Assembly (NCBI GenBank): GCA_046485045.1
Contig: JAWOHT010000200.1
Location: forward strand, 40,213-104,212
DNA: 64,000 bases
Source of the DNA: Bacteroidales bacterium
Lineage (GTDB): Bacteria > Bacteroidota > Bacteroidia > Bacteroidales > UBA10428
Direction of reading: 5' to 3'
Part shown: positions 9,948 through 18,937 of the stretch, one piece after another
How the letters are laid out: each line of letters opens with the position of its first letter
Position numbering within the stretch: the first letter of the stretch is position 1
Notes under the pieces: model-generated
What the model was told of the DNA's origin: nothing
The model's database searches: none
The model's input: the letters and a program-made list of their open reading frames with translations, nothing else
Program-made: the position numbers and the translations under genes

Positions 9948-11597
9948 ATGGCCCACGGTAAGGAAACCCCAAGACAAAAAATGATTGGCATGATGTATTT
10001 GGTGCTTACAGCATTGTTAGCGCTAAATGTATCAACCAGTGTTCTTGATGCTTTTAAGATTATTGACGAAGGATTAAGCAAAACAAATAATACACTTGAG
10101 GCAAAAATTGCCAAAGTATACGAAGATTTTTCAATGCAGGAGCAGATAAATCCCAGCAAGACAGGCGCATGGAAAGATAAAGCCTTTAGTGTAAAGCAAC
10201 GGGCAGATTCTTTGGTGAAAAAAATCCAGGATTTAAAGTTTCTTGTTGTGAATGAAGCAGAAGCCGGCAATGATGAAGCCATTGTTGACGGTGAGATAAA
10301 TCGTGACAAACTCAAAGCTGTAACAGATTACGATACACCCAACAGGTTACTGATTGGAGCTGAACTTAATGCTGATAGTGAAGCCAGGAAATTGAAAGAA
10401 CAGATTATAGAGTATAAAAATTACCTGGTTGAGTTTATTCCGGAAGAAAATGTCAAACTTCGTGAATCTATTATGGGAAGCCTTGACACTGAAGACGAAA
10501 AAGACAATAAAAAATCACCAAAGGAAAATTCATGGGAGTATCACAAATTTGGTCATTCACCATTGATGGGTTTTCTCGCGATTATGTCTAACCTTCAGAT
10601 AAACATAAGAAATGCCGAGATTGAACTTGTAAATTATCTATATTCCAGAATTGATGAAGGATCTGTTAAATTTAACAAGCTTGAGGCGACAGTTATCCCG
10701 AATACAAATTATGTAATCAGGGGAAACAAATACCGGTCGGAAGTATTTATTGCCGCTTTTGACACCACCAATCCTCCCGATGTATATGTAACCGAAGGTT
10801 CCAGACCTTACGAAGAAGTAAAAGATGCCAGTGGCAAGATAATTGATTACAAGAAAAGAGATGATTTGAAATATGAATTGCTCCCCATTGAAAAGGGTAA
10901 GGCTGTTTATGAAAGACAGGGAGGCTCTCAGGGACTCAGAGAGTGGGGAGGTATTATTGAGGTACAGGGCTCAGGGGAGGAAAAAATCAGAAGGCCTTTC
11001 AAGCTGAGTTACCAGGTAGCCGAGAGTAACGTGGTTGTTTCACCAACCAAAATGAACGTGTTTTATTATGGTGTTGACAACCCGGTTGATATTTCGGTTC
11101 CAGGGGTTCCTGCAAACCAGATATCTGCTGTAAATACCAATGGATCAATAACTCCCCGCGGCGGATCATGGATTGTTATGCCTAAAAGACCGGGATTTAG
11201 TACCATAAGGGTATTTGCCGATTTCGATGGTCAAAAGAGAGAGGTCGGCTTCAAGGAGTTTCGTGTTAAAACCGTGCCAGACCCTGTAGCAACAGTTGCA
11301 GGAAGAAAAGGCGGAGGAATAGAGAAGAATCTGCTTCTTGCTGCCACCGGTGTACAGGCCGAGATGGAGAATTTTGATTTTGACCTTACATTCAAAGTAA
11401 CAGAATTTACCGTACTGTCGGTAATACAAGGTTTTGTAAGTGACAATACATCAAAGAGCAACGTGTTTAACCAGAAACAAAAAGATATTATCAAATCATT
11501 GAGCAGGGGTAGTAACCTTTATATTCAGGATATTAAAGCAGTCGGCCCGGATGGTACAGTGCGTATACTGGGAACTATATTATTTAAGATCAATTAA
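9948..11597 (+). CDS. gldM: T9SS/gliding motor protein GldM/PorM
   Basis: 549-aa ORF. The family N-terminus GKETPRQKMIGMMYLVLTALLALNVS is present (a single TM helix), followed by a long periplasmic region. Confidence 0.9.
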   Translation: MAHGKETPRQKMIGMMYLVLTALLALNVSTSVLDAFKIIDEGLSKTNNTLEAKIAKVYEDFSMQEQINPSKTGAWKDKAFSVKQRADSLVKKIQDLKFLVVNEAEAGNDEAIVDGEINRDKLKAVTDYDTPNRLLIGAELNADSEARKLKEQIIEYKNYLVEFIPEENVKLRESIMGSLDTEDEKDNKKSPKENSWEYHKFGHSPLMGFLAIMSNLQINIRNAEIELVNYLYSRIDEGSVKFNKLEATVIPNTNYVIRGNKYRSEVFIAAFDTTNPPDVYVTEGSRPYEEVKDASGKIIDYKKRDDLKYELLPIEKGKAVYERQGGSQGLREWGGIIEVQGSGEEKIRRPFKLSYQVAESNVVVSPTKMNVFYYGVDNPVDISVPGVPANQISAVNTNGSITPRGGSWIVMPKRPGFSTIRVFADFDGQKREVGFKEFRVKTVPDPVATVAGRKGGGIEKNLLLAATGVQAEMENFDFDLTFKVTEFTVLSVIQGFVSDNTSKSNVFNQKQKDIIKSLSRGSNLYIQDIKAVGPDGTVRILGTILFKIN

Positions 11598-11616
11598 TTA
11601 TTAAAATTATATTGCG

Positions 11617-12480
11617 ATGAAACGAGTTGTTTTATTTCTAATCAGTGCATTCGTAATTCTGGGTTCTTTTACCGTAAACGCCCAGCAGGATTTTCTTACC
11701 GAAGTGTATACACGTGAACATATCAGGAACAAACTACCGGTGCCTTATCCCTATGTTCGTGAAGCCGATGTTATATGGGCAAGGGATATTTACCGGATTA
11801 TTGACCTGAGGCAGAAACAAAATCTGCCCCTCTACTATCCGATAAGGCCGATAGGTGACAGGATGAGCCTGATAAGCTTGTTGCTTCACGGGATAGACAA
11901 TGAAGGCGTAAGGGCATTTTCATCAACAGATGTCCGCAATGAGTTTATTTTGCAGATGACCAAAGACGATATTGATCAGGCCTTCGATGCAGGTGTTGAC
12001 ACACTGAAGGTTCCTGATGTAAACACAGGACAAATGATTGAGAGTATCATCGAATCTGAACGTAAGGTAGATGAAGTACAGCAGGTAATGGTGAAAGAAA
12101 AATGGTTTTTTGATAAAAACCATTCAGTGATGAAAGTACAAATTGTCGGATTGTGCCCTATACGTGTTTTTGCACAGCGTGATGATCAGGGTATGCCAAC
12201 CGACGTAATCATGAAAAAGAAGGCTTTTTGGGTATATTTTCCGGAAATAAGGCCAATACTCGCCAACCATGAAATATTCAACCGTAACAACGATGCGCAA
12301 AGGATATCTTTTGATGATTTTTTCTGGCAGAGAAGATTCGACAGTTACGTTGTAGCCGAATCGAACGTTTACGACAACAGAGCCATTAATACATATACAC
12401 TTGGAATTGATTCGCAGCTCGAAGCCGAAAGGATCAAACAAGACCTTTTTGAATCAGAACACGACCTCTGGGAGTATTAG
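11617..12480 (+). CDS. gldN: T9SS ring protein GldN/PorN
   Basis: 287-aa ORF with a signal peptide (TVNAQQ). The conserved VREADVIWARDIYRIIDLRQKQNLPLYYP segment is present. It is the last gene of the gldKLMN block. Confidence 0.85.
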   Translation: MKRVVLFLISAFVILGSFTVNAQQDFLTEVYTREHIRNKLPVPYPYVREADVIWARDIYRIIDLRQKQNLPLYYPIRPIGDRMSLISLLLHGIDNEGVRAFSSTDVRNEFILQMTKDDIDQAFDAGVDTLKVPDVNTGQMIESIIESERKVDEVQQVMVKEKWFFDKNHSVMKVQIVGLCPIRVFAQRDDQGMPTDVIMKKKAFWVYFPEIRPILANHEIFNRNNDAQRISFDDFFWQRRFDSYVVAESNVYDNRAINTYTLGIDSQLEAERIKQDLFESEHDLWEY

Positions 12481-12507
12481 AATTAGCTGAATTAAGAAAT
12501 AAAACAA

Positions 12508-12546
12508 AATAAAAAACCCTCATTTGCCGAGGGTTTTTTTTATTTT
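12508..12546. terminator. Bidirectional intrinsic terminator between gldN (+) and manC (-)
   Basis: The sequence is aaaaaaccctc-atttgcc-gagggttttttttt. A GC core stem (ccctc/gaggg) is flanked by an A-run on one side and a T-run on the other, so it reads as a hairpin plus U-tract on both strands. Confidence 0.6.
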
Positions 12547-12563
12547 GTTTTGGTTATAACCTT

Positions 12564-13661
12564 TTAAATGTAGTTATCGCCCTTCTCCAGCTTCACATCG
12601 TTAACAAACTGCTTGATCTTTTGCTCGTCTTGTTTTCTGCAAATAAGCAGGATATTGTCTGATTCAACCACGATGATGTCGTTCAATCCCTGTATCACAG
12701 TCAGCTTTTCATCGGGAAGGTTAATCAGGCAGTTCGTGGTATCGTACGTAAAAACATTATTGCCAATCACCGAGTTATTGTCCTTGTCTTTTTCAAGTTT
12801 ATCATATAATGAGCCCCAGGTACCAAGGTCAGACCAGCCAAAGTCTGAACACAGCACGTAAACATTCTCTGCCTTCTCCATTATTCCGTAATCAATCGAA
12901 ATATTGCGGCAGTTTGGATATGCCTGGGCAATAAATTTGCTCTCTTCGCCGGTATTGTAAGTCCCGATACCCGATTTAAAAAGTGCGTCAACCTCGGGCA
13001 GGTATTTTTCAAACTGCTGCATAATGGTTTTCAGCGACCAGAAAAACATACCTGAATTCCAGAAGAAGTCACCGCTTTCAAGAAACAAATCTGCCATTTT
13101 AAGATCGGGCTTTTCGGTAAATGTTTTTACCTTCCGGAAGCTTTTGTTCAGCTCAATAGCGCTCTTGTCACCGTTAATCTGTATATAACCATAACCTGTT
13201 TCAGGCCTGCTGGGCTGAATTCCAAGTGTTAACAGGCAATCGCTCTGACTTACAAATTGTAACCCCTGCTTAACAACTTCAACAAAGTCGTTCTCTTTGA
13301 GAATTAGATGGTCTGAGGGTGCAACCATAATCTTGGCATCAGGGTTTAGTTCTTTAATTTTGTAGTTGGCATAGGCAATACACGGGGCGGTATTCCTTCT
13401 AAGGGGCTCTAAAAGCACCTGTTCGGGTTTAAGCATCGGAAGCTGTTTTAAAACAAGGTCGCCATAATCTTCACTGGTTACTACAAGCACATTTTCATAT
13501 GGAATAATATCTTTTATGCGCTCATAGGTTTGTTGGAGGAGGGTTTTTCCTGTACCGAGAATATCCAGAAACTGCTTGGGTTTTTTTGTTTTGCTGAGTG
13601 GCCAGAAACGACTTCCAATACCTCCGGCCATAATTACGCAAAAATTGTCTTTATTATTCAT
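12564..13661 (-). CDS. manC: Mannose-1-phosphate guanylyltransferase
   Basis: 365-aa ORF. It has the nucleotidyltransferase N-terminus VIMAGGIGSRFWPLS and overall length and pattern of ManC-type GDP-mannose pyrophosphorylase without the isomerase domain. Confidence 0.8.
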   Translation of the reverse strand: MNNKDNFCVIMAGGIGSRFWPLSKTKKPKQFLDILGTGKTLLQQTYERIKDIIPYENVLVVTSEDYGDLVLKQLPMLKPEQVLLEPLRRNTAPCIAYANYKIKELNPDAKIMVAPSDHLILKENDFVEVVKQGLQFVSQSDCLLTLGIQPSRPETGYGYIQINGDKSAIELNKSFRKVKTFTEKPDLKMADLFLESGDFFWNSGMFFWSLKTIMQQFEKYLPEVDALFKSGIGTYNTGEESKFIAQAYPNCRNISIDYGIMEKAENVYVLCSDFGWSDLGTWGSLYDKLEKDKDNNSVIGNNVFTYDTTNCLINLPDEKLTVIQGLNDIIVVESDNILLICRKQDEQKIKQFVNDVKLEKGDNYI

Positions 13662-13874
13662 TATATATCTGTTAATTATTAAACTTCAATGGCTATAATG
13701 CCGAAATTACAGACTAAAATATAAATTTAGAATTATTCTCGTATAAATATTTGATATAACCATTAAAGATATACACAAATGCTTGGTTGAACAAGACGAT
13801 AAGAAATATCAAAGGTTTAACAAGGTATTTTTTAAAATATTAAATATCTTAGAAGCGTAAAAACAGCGCTTTCT

Positions 13875-14609
13875 ATGATATCTAATTTTGGCCGTTATTT
13901 AATTCTCATGTTCAGGGTTTTTTCCAGGCCTGAAAGGTTCAGGGTCTATTTCAGGGAAACAGTCAGGGAGATTGAAAACCTTGGGTTGAACTCAATCGGA
14001 ATCGTTATAATTATTTCAATATTTATCGGAGCGGTAATTACATTGCAGACCCGTTATAATCTTGAAAGCTCGTGGATTCCGTTGTACCTGATAGGGCTGA
14101 CTGCACGGGACACCATTCTTCTTGAATTTTCATCTACTATGGTCGGACTAATACTAGCCGGCAAGGTAGGTTCGAATATTGCATCTGAAATTGGCCATAT
14201 GCGAATAACCGAACAGATTGATGCACTTGAAATGATGGGGATTAATTCATCCAGTTACCTGATTATGCCCAAGATCATCGCAGCAGTGTTTTTTAATCCT
14301 TTCCTTACCATTATCAGTATGGTTGTGGGTATTTTCGGGGGATGGCTGGCTGCGGTTGTAACAGGGGCGCTGTCGTCTGCAGACTACATTTATGGAATCC
14401 AGTATTGGTTTGTACCCTTTTACATTACTTATGCCCTGGTAAAAACAGTTTTTTATGCATTTATCATTACTTCGGTATCAGCATATTATGGATACTATGT
14501 ACAGGGTGGGGCGCTTGAAGTAGGACGCGCCAGTACCAAAGGTGTGGTTTACAGCAGTATACTCATCCTGCTCTGTGATGTTATTCTCACTCAATTGATG
14601 CTTGCCTGA
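13875..14609 (+). CDS. mlaE: MlaE-family ABC transporter permease
   Basis: 244-aa polytopic membrane ORF. The conserved MlaE segment GSNIASEIGHMRITEQIDALEMMGINS is present. Its stop overlaps the ATPase start (TGATG). Confidence 0.85.
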   Translation: MISNFGRYLILMFRVFSRPERFRVYFRETVREIENLGLNSIGIVIIISIFIGAVITLQTRYNLESSWIPLYLIGLTARDTILLEFSSTMVGLILAGKVGSNIASEIGHMRITEQIDALEMMGINSSSYLIMPKIIAAVFFNPFLTIISMVVGIFGGWLAAVVTGALSSADYIYGIQYWFVPFYITYALVKTVFYAFIITSVSAYYGYYVQGGALEVGRASTKGVVYSSILILLCDVILTQLMLA

Positions 14610-15376
14610 TGATTGTAGTTGAAAACATATCTAAATCGTTTAACGGCGAAACTGTATTGGAAGATATCTCGGTAACTTTTGAAAAAGGTAAAACGAACCT
14701 GATTATTGGCCGCAGCGGCTCTGGAAAAACAGTACTAATGAAATCTATCGTTGGGCTACATGAAGTGGATTCCGGGGCTGTCTATTTCAATGACAGGGAT
14801 TTCGTTAAAATGGGTGTCAGGCAACGTCAGGAGTTACGCAAGGAGATGGGCATGCTTTTCCAGGGTTCAGCGCTATTCGACTCCTTAACAGTTGAGGAAA
14901 ATGTAATATTTCCGCTTCAAATGTTTTCTGACATGAGCAAAGAAGAGCAGTTAGAGAGGGTTAACTTTTGCCTTGAAAGGGTACACATTGAGAATGCCAA
15001 TAAATTATTTCCCGGAGAACTTAGCGGAGGAATGAAAAAAAGGGTGGCCATTGCACGGGCTATTGTACAAAACCCCAAATATCTTTTTTGCGATGAGCCT
15101 AATTCAGGTCTTGATCCTAAAACAGCGATCGTAATTGATAACCTTATTAGTGAGATAACCCACGAATTCGACATCACCACCATTGTTAACACCCACGATA
15201 TGAACTCGGTGATGGAAATTGGAGAAAAGGTGGTGTTTATTAATGAAGGAAAAAAATGCTGGGAAGGCAGTAATGATGAAATATTAACCTCTGACAACAA
15301 TTACCTGAATGATTTTGTGTTTGCATCGAACTTCGCAAAGCGCCTACGAGATATGCAATCTGGCAAACAGGTGTAG
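14609..15376 (+). CDS. mlaF: ABC transporter ATP-binding protein (MlaF-like)
   Basis: Walker A GRSGSGKT, ABC signature LSGGMKKR and Walker B YLFCDEP are present. It is translationally coupled to the permease. Confidence 0.85.
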   Translation: MIVVENISKSFNGETVLEDISVTFEKGKTNLIIGRSGSGKTVLMKSIVGLHEVDSGAVYFNDRDFVKMGVRQRQELRKEMGMLFQGSALFDSLTVEENVIFPLQMFSDMSKEEQLERVNFCLERVHIENANKLFPGELSGGMKKRVAIARAIVQNPKYLFCDEPNSGLDPKTAIVIDNLISEITHEFDITTIVNTHDMNSVMEIGEKVVFINEGKKCWEGSNDEILTSDNNYLNDFVFASNFAKRLRDMQSGKQV

Positions 15377-15378
15377 AT

Positions 15379-15624
15379 TTAATCCTTTATTTCCTCGAAG
15401 TTAACATATTCACCCTTGTCCCTTGAAATATACTTCTTTTTGGGGGAACTTGTACTAAAAAAAGTTTCACCTTCTTTTCCATTGCCAGGGTTTTCTTTTT
15501 TGCGGTTACCAGAAGCAGCGTTGCCAAAGTAACCCTGCAAAAGAGGCATAAGTACAAACCGTGAAACAAGGCTCCACAAGTAATATACAATAACGATAAC
15601 AAGCAGAATTCTTATAAATCCCAT
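15379..15624 (-). CDS. Small membrane protein (DUF4834-like)
   Basis: 81-aa ORF with one N-terminal TM helix (ILLVIVIVYYLWSLVSRFVL) and a Gly/Lys-rich tail. The family name is recalled from memory of similar Bacteroidetes proteins and was not verified. Confidence 0.5.
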   Translation of the reverse strand: MGFIRILLVIVIVYYLWSLVSRFVLMPLLQGYFGNAASGNRKKENPGNGKEGETFFSTSSPKKKYISRDKGEYVNFEEIKD

Positions 15625-15708
15625 TCTTTCTTTTTACGGGGTAAAATTAGTGAAAAAATATCTAACCCGAAATATTCATAGAATAATTCCAATTTTAATC
15701 GGGGTTTC

Positions 15709-15752
15709 TTGCATGTGATCCATACCAAAGAAAAGGTATGGATCACATGCAG
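15709..15752 (-). terminator. Perfect 16-bp stem-loop 4 nt downstream of the stop of the 505-aa gene (putative terminator or RNA-stability hairpin)
   Basis: gcatgtgatccatacc (15711-15726), loop aaagaaaa, ggtatggatcacatgc (15735-15750). The two arms are exact reverse complements. One flanking T-A pair extends the stem. No U-tract follows on the minus strand. Confidence 0.5.
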
Positions 15753-15754
15753 GG

Positions 15755-17272
15755 CTAATATATCAACGGCAGGTCTTTGTTGAGTTTTTGGTCTTTTCTG
15801 CACCCGAATACAAGGTTGAACCCCATCCTGAAATTCACAATCCTCATCTTATGGGGAACAATTATGCCTGAGTCTAAATCGCGTGCATATACAAGCGGGA
15901 TATTATCGCTAATGACGTACCAGTTAAACGGACCGGCCTTTAAGGCAAGGCCAACACCAAAATTGTTATAGGTGCGGTTCATAATGGTATAATTGAATGA
16001 AGCCGAAATCATTTTAATGGGGTAAAAGTTGGCTGAAAGACTGAGTTGCTGCCTTATCCGGCCTTTATAAATCTCGCTTCTTGAAAGCAATCCAACACTT
16101 ATCTCATCTATTAAATGATATTTTACCCCAAGATACACTTTTGCAGGCAGATAGGTTGTATAGGCTGTTTCTGTTTCCGAGTTTTTGTTAATAAATGAAT
16201 TTTCAAGCGAATCGACAAGTCCCTGACCAAAATCTTCATTGCCATATAGCTGTATTAGCACTCCGCTGTCACTTTGCTGGAAGGTTACCTCAGGGTCGAA
16301 AACAAACCTTGTGTCCTGTTCAAGGTTGTAGGTGTAGTTCTTCCATCTTATAAAACCAAGGTCCAGGATACTGGCAGATAATGTAAGCTGTTCGATTGGA
16401 TTAATATGTACACCAAGGTCGAGCCCAAGGCCGAAGTTACCTGTAAAGGCGCTGATGTAATCAGATGCTTCCATATCTTCATCGAAAGTTACATCACCAA
16501 GATTAAACCTGTTTTCTTCATCTCTGGGGATGATAAGGCCGGGAACTGATACATTGAGGCTGTATCTTGAATCAACAGTCCAGTTATCAAAAGAAGTGTT
16601 CAGGGTAATATCCGACTTTTTGGTAGCGATGTTTGCCTGGCCGAGAATAAATTTGCCCCTGTAGCCAAAGGTAACCATATCGCTTAATTTGTGTGAAACA
16701 CCCATTGAAAACTCGGTATAGCTCATCGCGTTTACGGCCAGGCTGCTGAGGTCGAATTCATCTTCTTCTTCATTGCCGTTTATGGCAAACCTGATGATAT
16801 CTCCCGGGTAAGTAAAACGCGCAAATACTTTCTGTGTAATATCAAAAGAGTAATACTTCTCACCCGACCTGAAACCCCATGATGCTATACTTGTACTTAC
16901 ATCGGCCGATATATGGTTTGCTGCAGTAAAATTATCAAGGAATTCCTGGGGATCGGCATCGGGATGTAAGAATGTTATGGTTGAATCGCCGTTGTACCAG
17001 AGCAGATCATTAATGCTAAAGGCGCTGTTCTCTGCCGTTGCCTGCACCGGGGCAGCGCCGGGAAGCCCTAAATAAAAACCGCATCGCGGCTGGGTTGCCG
17101 GGTTGAGCAGATGAGACTGGGGAACCCCACGCATATAATACAGGATATTGCTTTGTTGGGCTGTGGCAATTTGGTTGTTCAGAATAAACAAAATGGCAAC
17201 CAAAAAAAGGGTATTGGCAATTTTTCCAGGGTTATCGGGTATCATGGTTTTAATTTTTCTTTGTTTAGTCAA
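15755..17272 (-). CDS. Putative outer-membrane beta-barrel protein, FadL/PorV/TraF_2-like (function unknown)
   Basis: 505-aa ORF with a signal peptide ending IATAQQ. An alternative start is Met10 at 17245. An early LLNPA motif is typical of FadL/PorV/PorP-type barrels. Alternating hydrophobic strand pattern runs throughout, and the last strand is RMGFNLVF. It is the third gene of a tight three-gene unit. Confidence 0.5.
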   Translation of the reverse strand: MTKQRKIKTMIPDNPGKIANTLFLVAILFILNNQIATAQQSNILYYMRGVPQSHLLNPATQPRCGFYLGLPGAAPVQATAENSAFSINDLLWYNGDSTITFLHPDADPQEFLDNFTAANHISADVSTSIASWGFRSGEKYYSFDITQKVFARFTYPGDIIRFAINGNEEEDEFDLSSLAVNAMSYTEFSMGVSHKLSDMVTFGYRGKFILGQANIATKKSDITLNTSFDNWTVDSRYSLNVSVPGLIIPRDEENRFNLGDVTFDEDMEASDYISAFTGNFGLGLDLGVHINPIEQLTLSASILDLGFIRWKNYTYNLEQDTRFVFDPEVTFQQSDSGVLIQLYGNEDFGQGLVDSLENSFINKNSETETAYTTYLPAKVYLGVKYHLIDEISVGLLSRSEIYKGRIRQQLSLSANFYPIKMISASFNYTIMNRTYNNFGVGLALKAGPFNWYVISDNIPLVYARDLDSGIIVPHKMRIVNFRMGFNLVFGCRKDQKLNKDLPLIY

Positions 17273-18917
17273 TATTACCTGTATAATGAATTTTCGTTTC
17301 TAAATTAAATTTAAAGCCCAGAGAATAGGTGCTCAAGATTTTTACAGAACTAACTGTCTGTGGATTATAGGAAGACAATTCACCAATTATGATAATCTTG
17401 TTTGCGCTGTTAAAGAAGTGATCTATCTGTTCGCTGCTCAGTTCCATTACCCCGGGTACCTCGGCAACCTGTCCGGTTAAAGAAATTCCGTTATTGTCAA
17501 CAGTGGCAGCTTTAAGCAATAGCTTGTCGCCACGGTTGTTCACGATAATGGTATCAACATTCACGCTGCTGATCGAATCGTATAAAATAAGGGAAATACC
17601 CATATTTAGCGGGAATTCGTTTCTGAACCTGTAATGCAGGTTAGCATATTCGATATACCTGACATCTTCATTATCTTCAATATCAAGTTTAACCGTATCG
17701 CGAAACTGCAGGTCGGCCCTGAATTCAAGTGGCACCTCAATTTCCAAGCCAAGCAGCATTTCACTGTTTCCAAGGATATAGTTTTGAGTACCGGTATTGC
17801 CATCAGGGTTAGACCTCACATTCACCGAAAAACCAACCTGATCGGGAGGAGGAAATACAAGGAACTGGTCAATGTTTGATATGTTGTTCCTGTTGAATGA
17901 AAGGGTAGAAGCCACTTCAGGATTGGTATAATCGTCCGAGACAGTAATAGTTTGCACACCGGGTTCAAGCACCACACTGTCGCCATCTTCGAAATACCCT
18001 TTCACCCTGAGGTCGAACCCTATGGGCAGCCCGAAAGAGTGGGTATACAGAAAGTTGATTTTCGGATTGGTAATGGCAAACGTTCCTGATAACCCTTCTA
18101 TTTCACCCAGATCAACATCAATAATGGTGTCTTGTGCAAAAGAAGTGTCGCCGGCATATCCAAAGGCAGCATCAAAATCGTTCAGGTCCTGAATACCGAA
18201 GTCAATTTCTGCAATACTGTTGGCCTTGATGGTATCACCTGCCCGAACTGCTACAATTACCGTAAAATTCACTTCCATTTTCGAGTATTCCGGATTGTCG
18301 TTGTTTACCACCAATTTGGCGTTTTGCAGCGGCACCGAATATGTTCGCCGGAAATCTCCCGATGCACGCGAAAACTGAATAATGGTATCGTACGGTTCTC
18401 CATTCATGTAAAGTGACGGACTGGTGATTCTTAAAGCCCCCACCGCACTAAAAGTTGAATGGATATCCATAACAAGGTTGCCGGAATTGGTGAGGAGACT
18501 GTCAAGCCTCATATCATTTTCAAGTACTATCTGAAAACTGTCTTTTTGTGTAAGAATATATGTTTGGGGTGCTGCAAATACTATGTCGAAAGGCGGGGAA
18601 GTAATATCATAATATTGCGACCCCTGGTCGGGAATTTCAATAAAATCGGACACTTTAAAAACATATACCGAATCTTGTCTTATGTACAAATAAATAGAGT
18701 CGCCACGCAGCACAATAACAGAGTCTTCAGCCTGTGGATTGTAAAGATCCTTAATGGTAAAAGAGCCACGAATTAAAGGTGCATGCAACTCGGGGTTATA
18801 ATCTACCATACCGGAAATCTTGCTAAAATCAATTTCATCTTTGATGCAGGCCTGCCATAAAAAAATTGAAACAATGGTAAGTATTAAAAGGCTGCTTAAG
18901 ATTTTTTTTGTTTTCAT
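17265..18917 (-). CDS. Lipoprotein of unknown function
   Basis: 550-aa ORF with a lipoprotein signal (LLILTIVSIFLWQAC). It is beta-rich and Asp/Asn-rich with no catalytic motif recognised. It overlaps the downstream gene by 8 nt and lies 20 nt after the upstream gene. Confidence 0.6.
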   Translation of the reverse strand: MKTKKILSSLLILTIVSIFLWQACIKDEIDFSKISGMVDYNPELHAPLIRGSFTIKDLYNPQAEDSVIVLRGDSIYLYIRQDSVYVFKVSDFIEIPDQGSQYYDITSPPFDIVFAAPQTYILTQKDSFQIVLENDMRLDSLLTNSGNLVMDIHSTFSAVGALRITSPSLYMNGEPYDTIIQFSRASGDFRRTYSVPLQNAKLVVNNDNPEYSKMEVNFTVIVAVRAGDTIKANSIAEIDFGIQDLNDFDAAFGYAGDTSFAQDTIIDVDLGEIEGLSGTFAITNPKINFLYTHSFGLPIGFDLRVKGYFEDGDSVVLEPGVQTITVSDDYTNPEVASTLSFNRNNISNIDQFLVFPPPDQVGFSVNVRSNPDGNTGTQNYILGNSEMLLGLEIEVPLEFRADLQFRDTVKLDIEDNEDVRYIEYANLHYRFRNEFPLNMGISLILYDSISSVNVDTIIVNNRGDKLLLKAATVDNNGISLTGQVAEVPGVMELSSEQIDHFFNSANKIIIIGELSSYNPQTVSSVKILSTYSLGFKFNLETKIHYTGNID

Positions 18918-18937
18918 GGTTCTAACTTTAAACTGAC

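Noticed and set aside
9929-10315. A 128-aa minus-strand ORF spanning the gldL/gldM junction. A similar 129-aa ORF at 44988-45377 spans the adaptor/permease junction.
   Set aside because: Both are antisense to strongly supported genes and have Ser/Leu-rich shadow composition.
15612-15803. A 63-aa minus-strand ORF covering the hairpin region.
   Set aside because: It spans the stop codon of the 505-aa gene and the perfect palindrome. It is an artefact of the inverted repeat rather than a gene.
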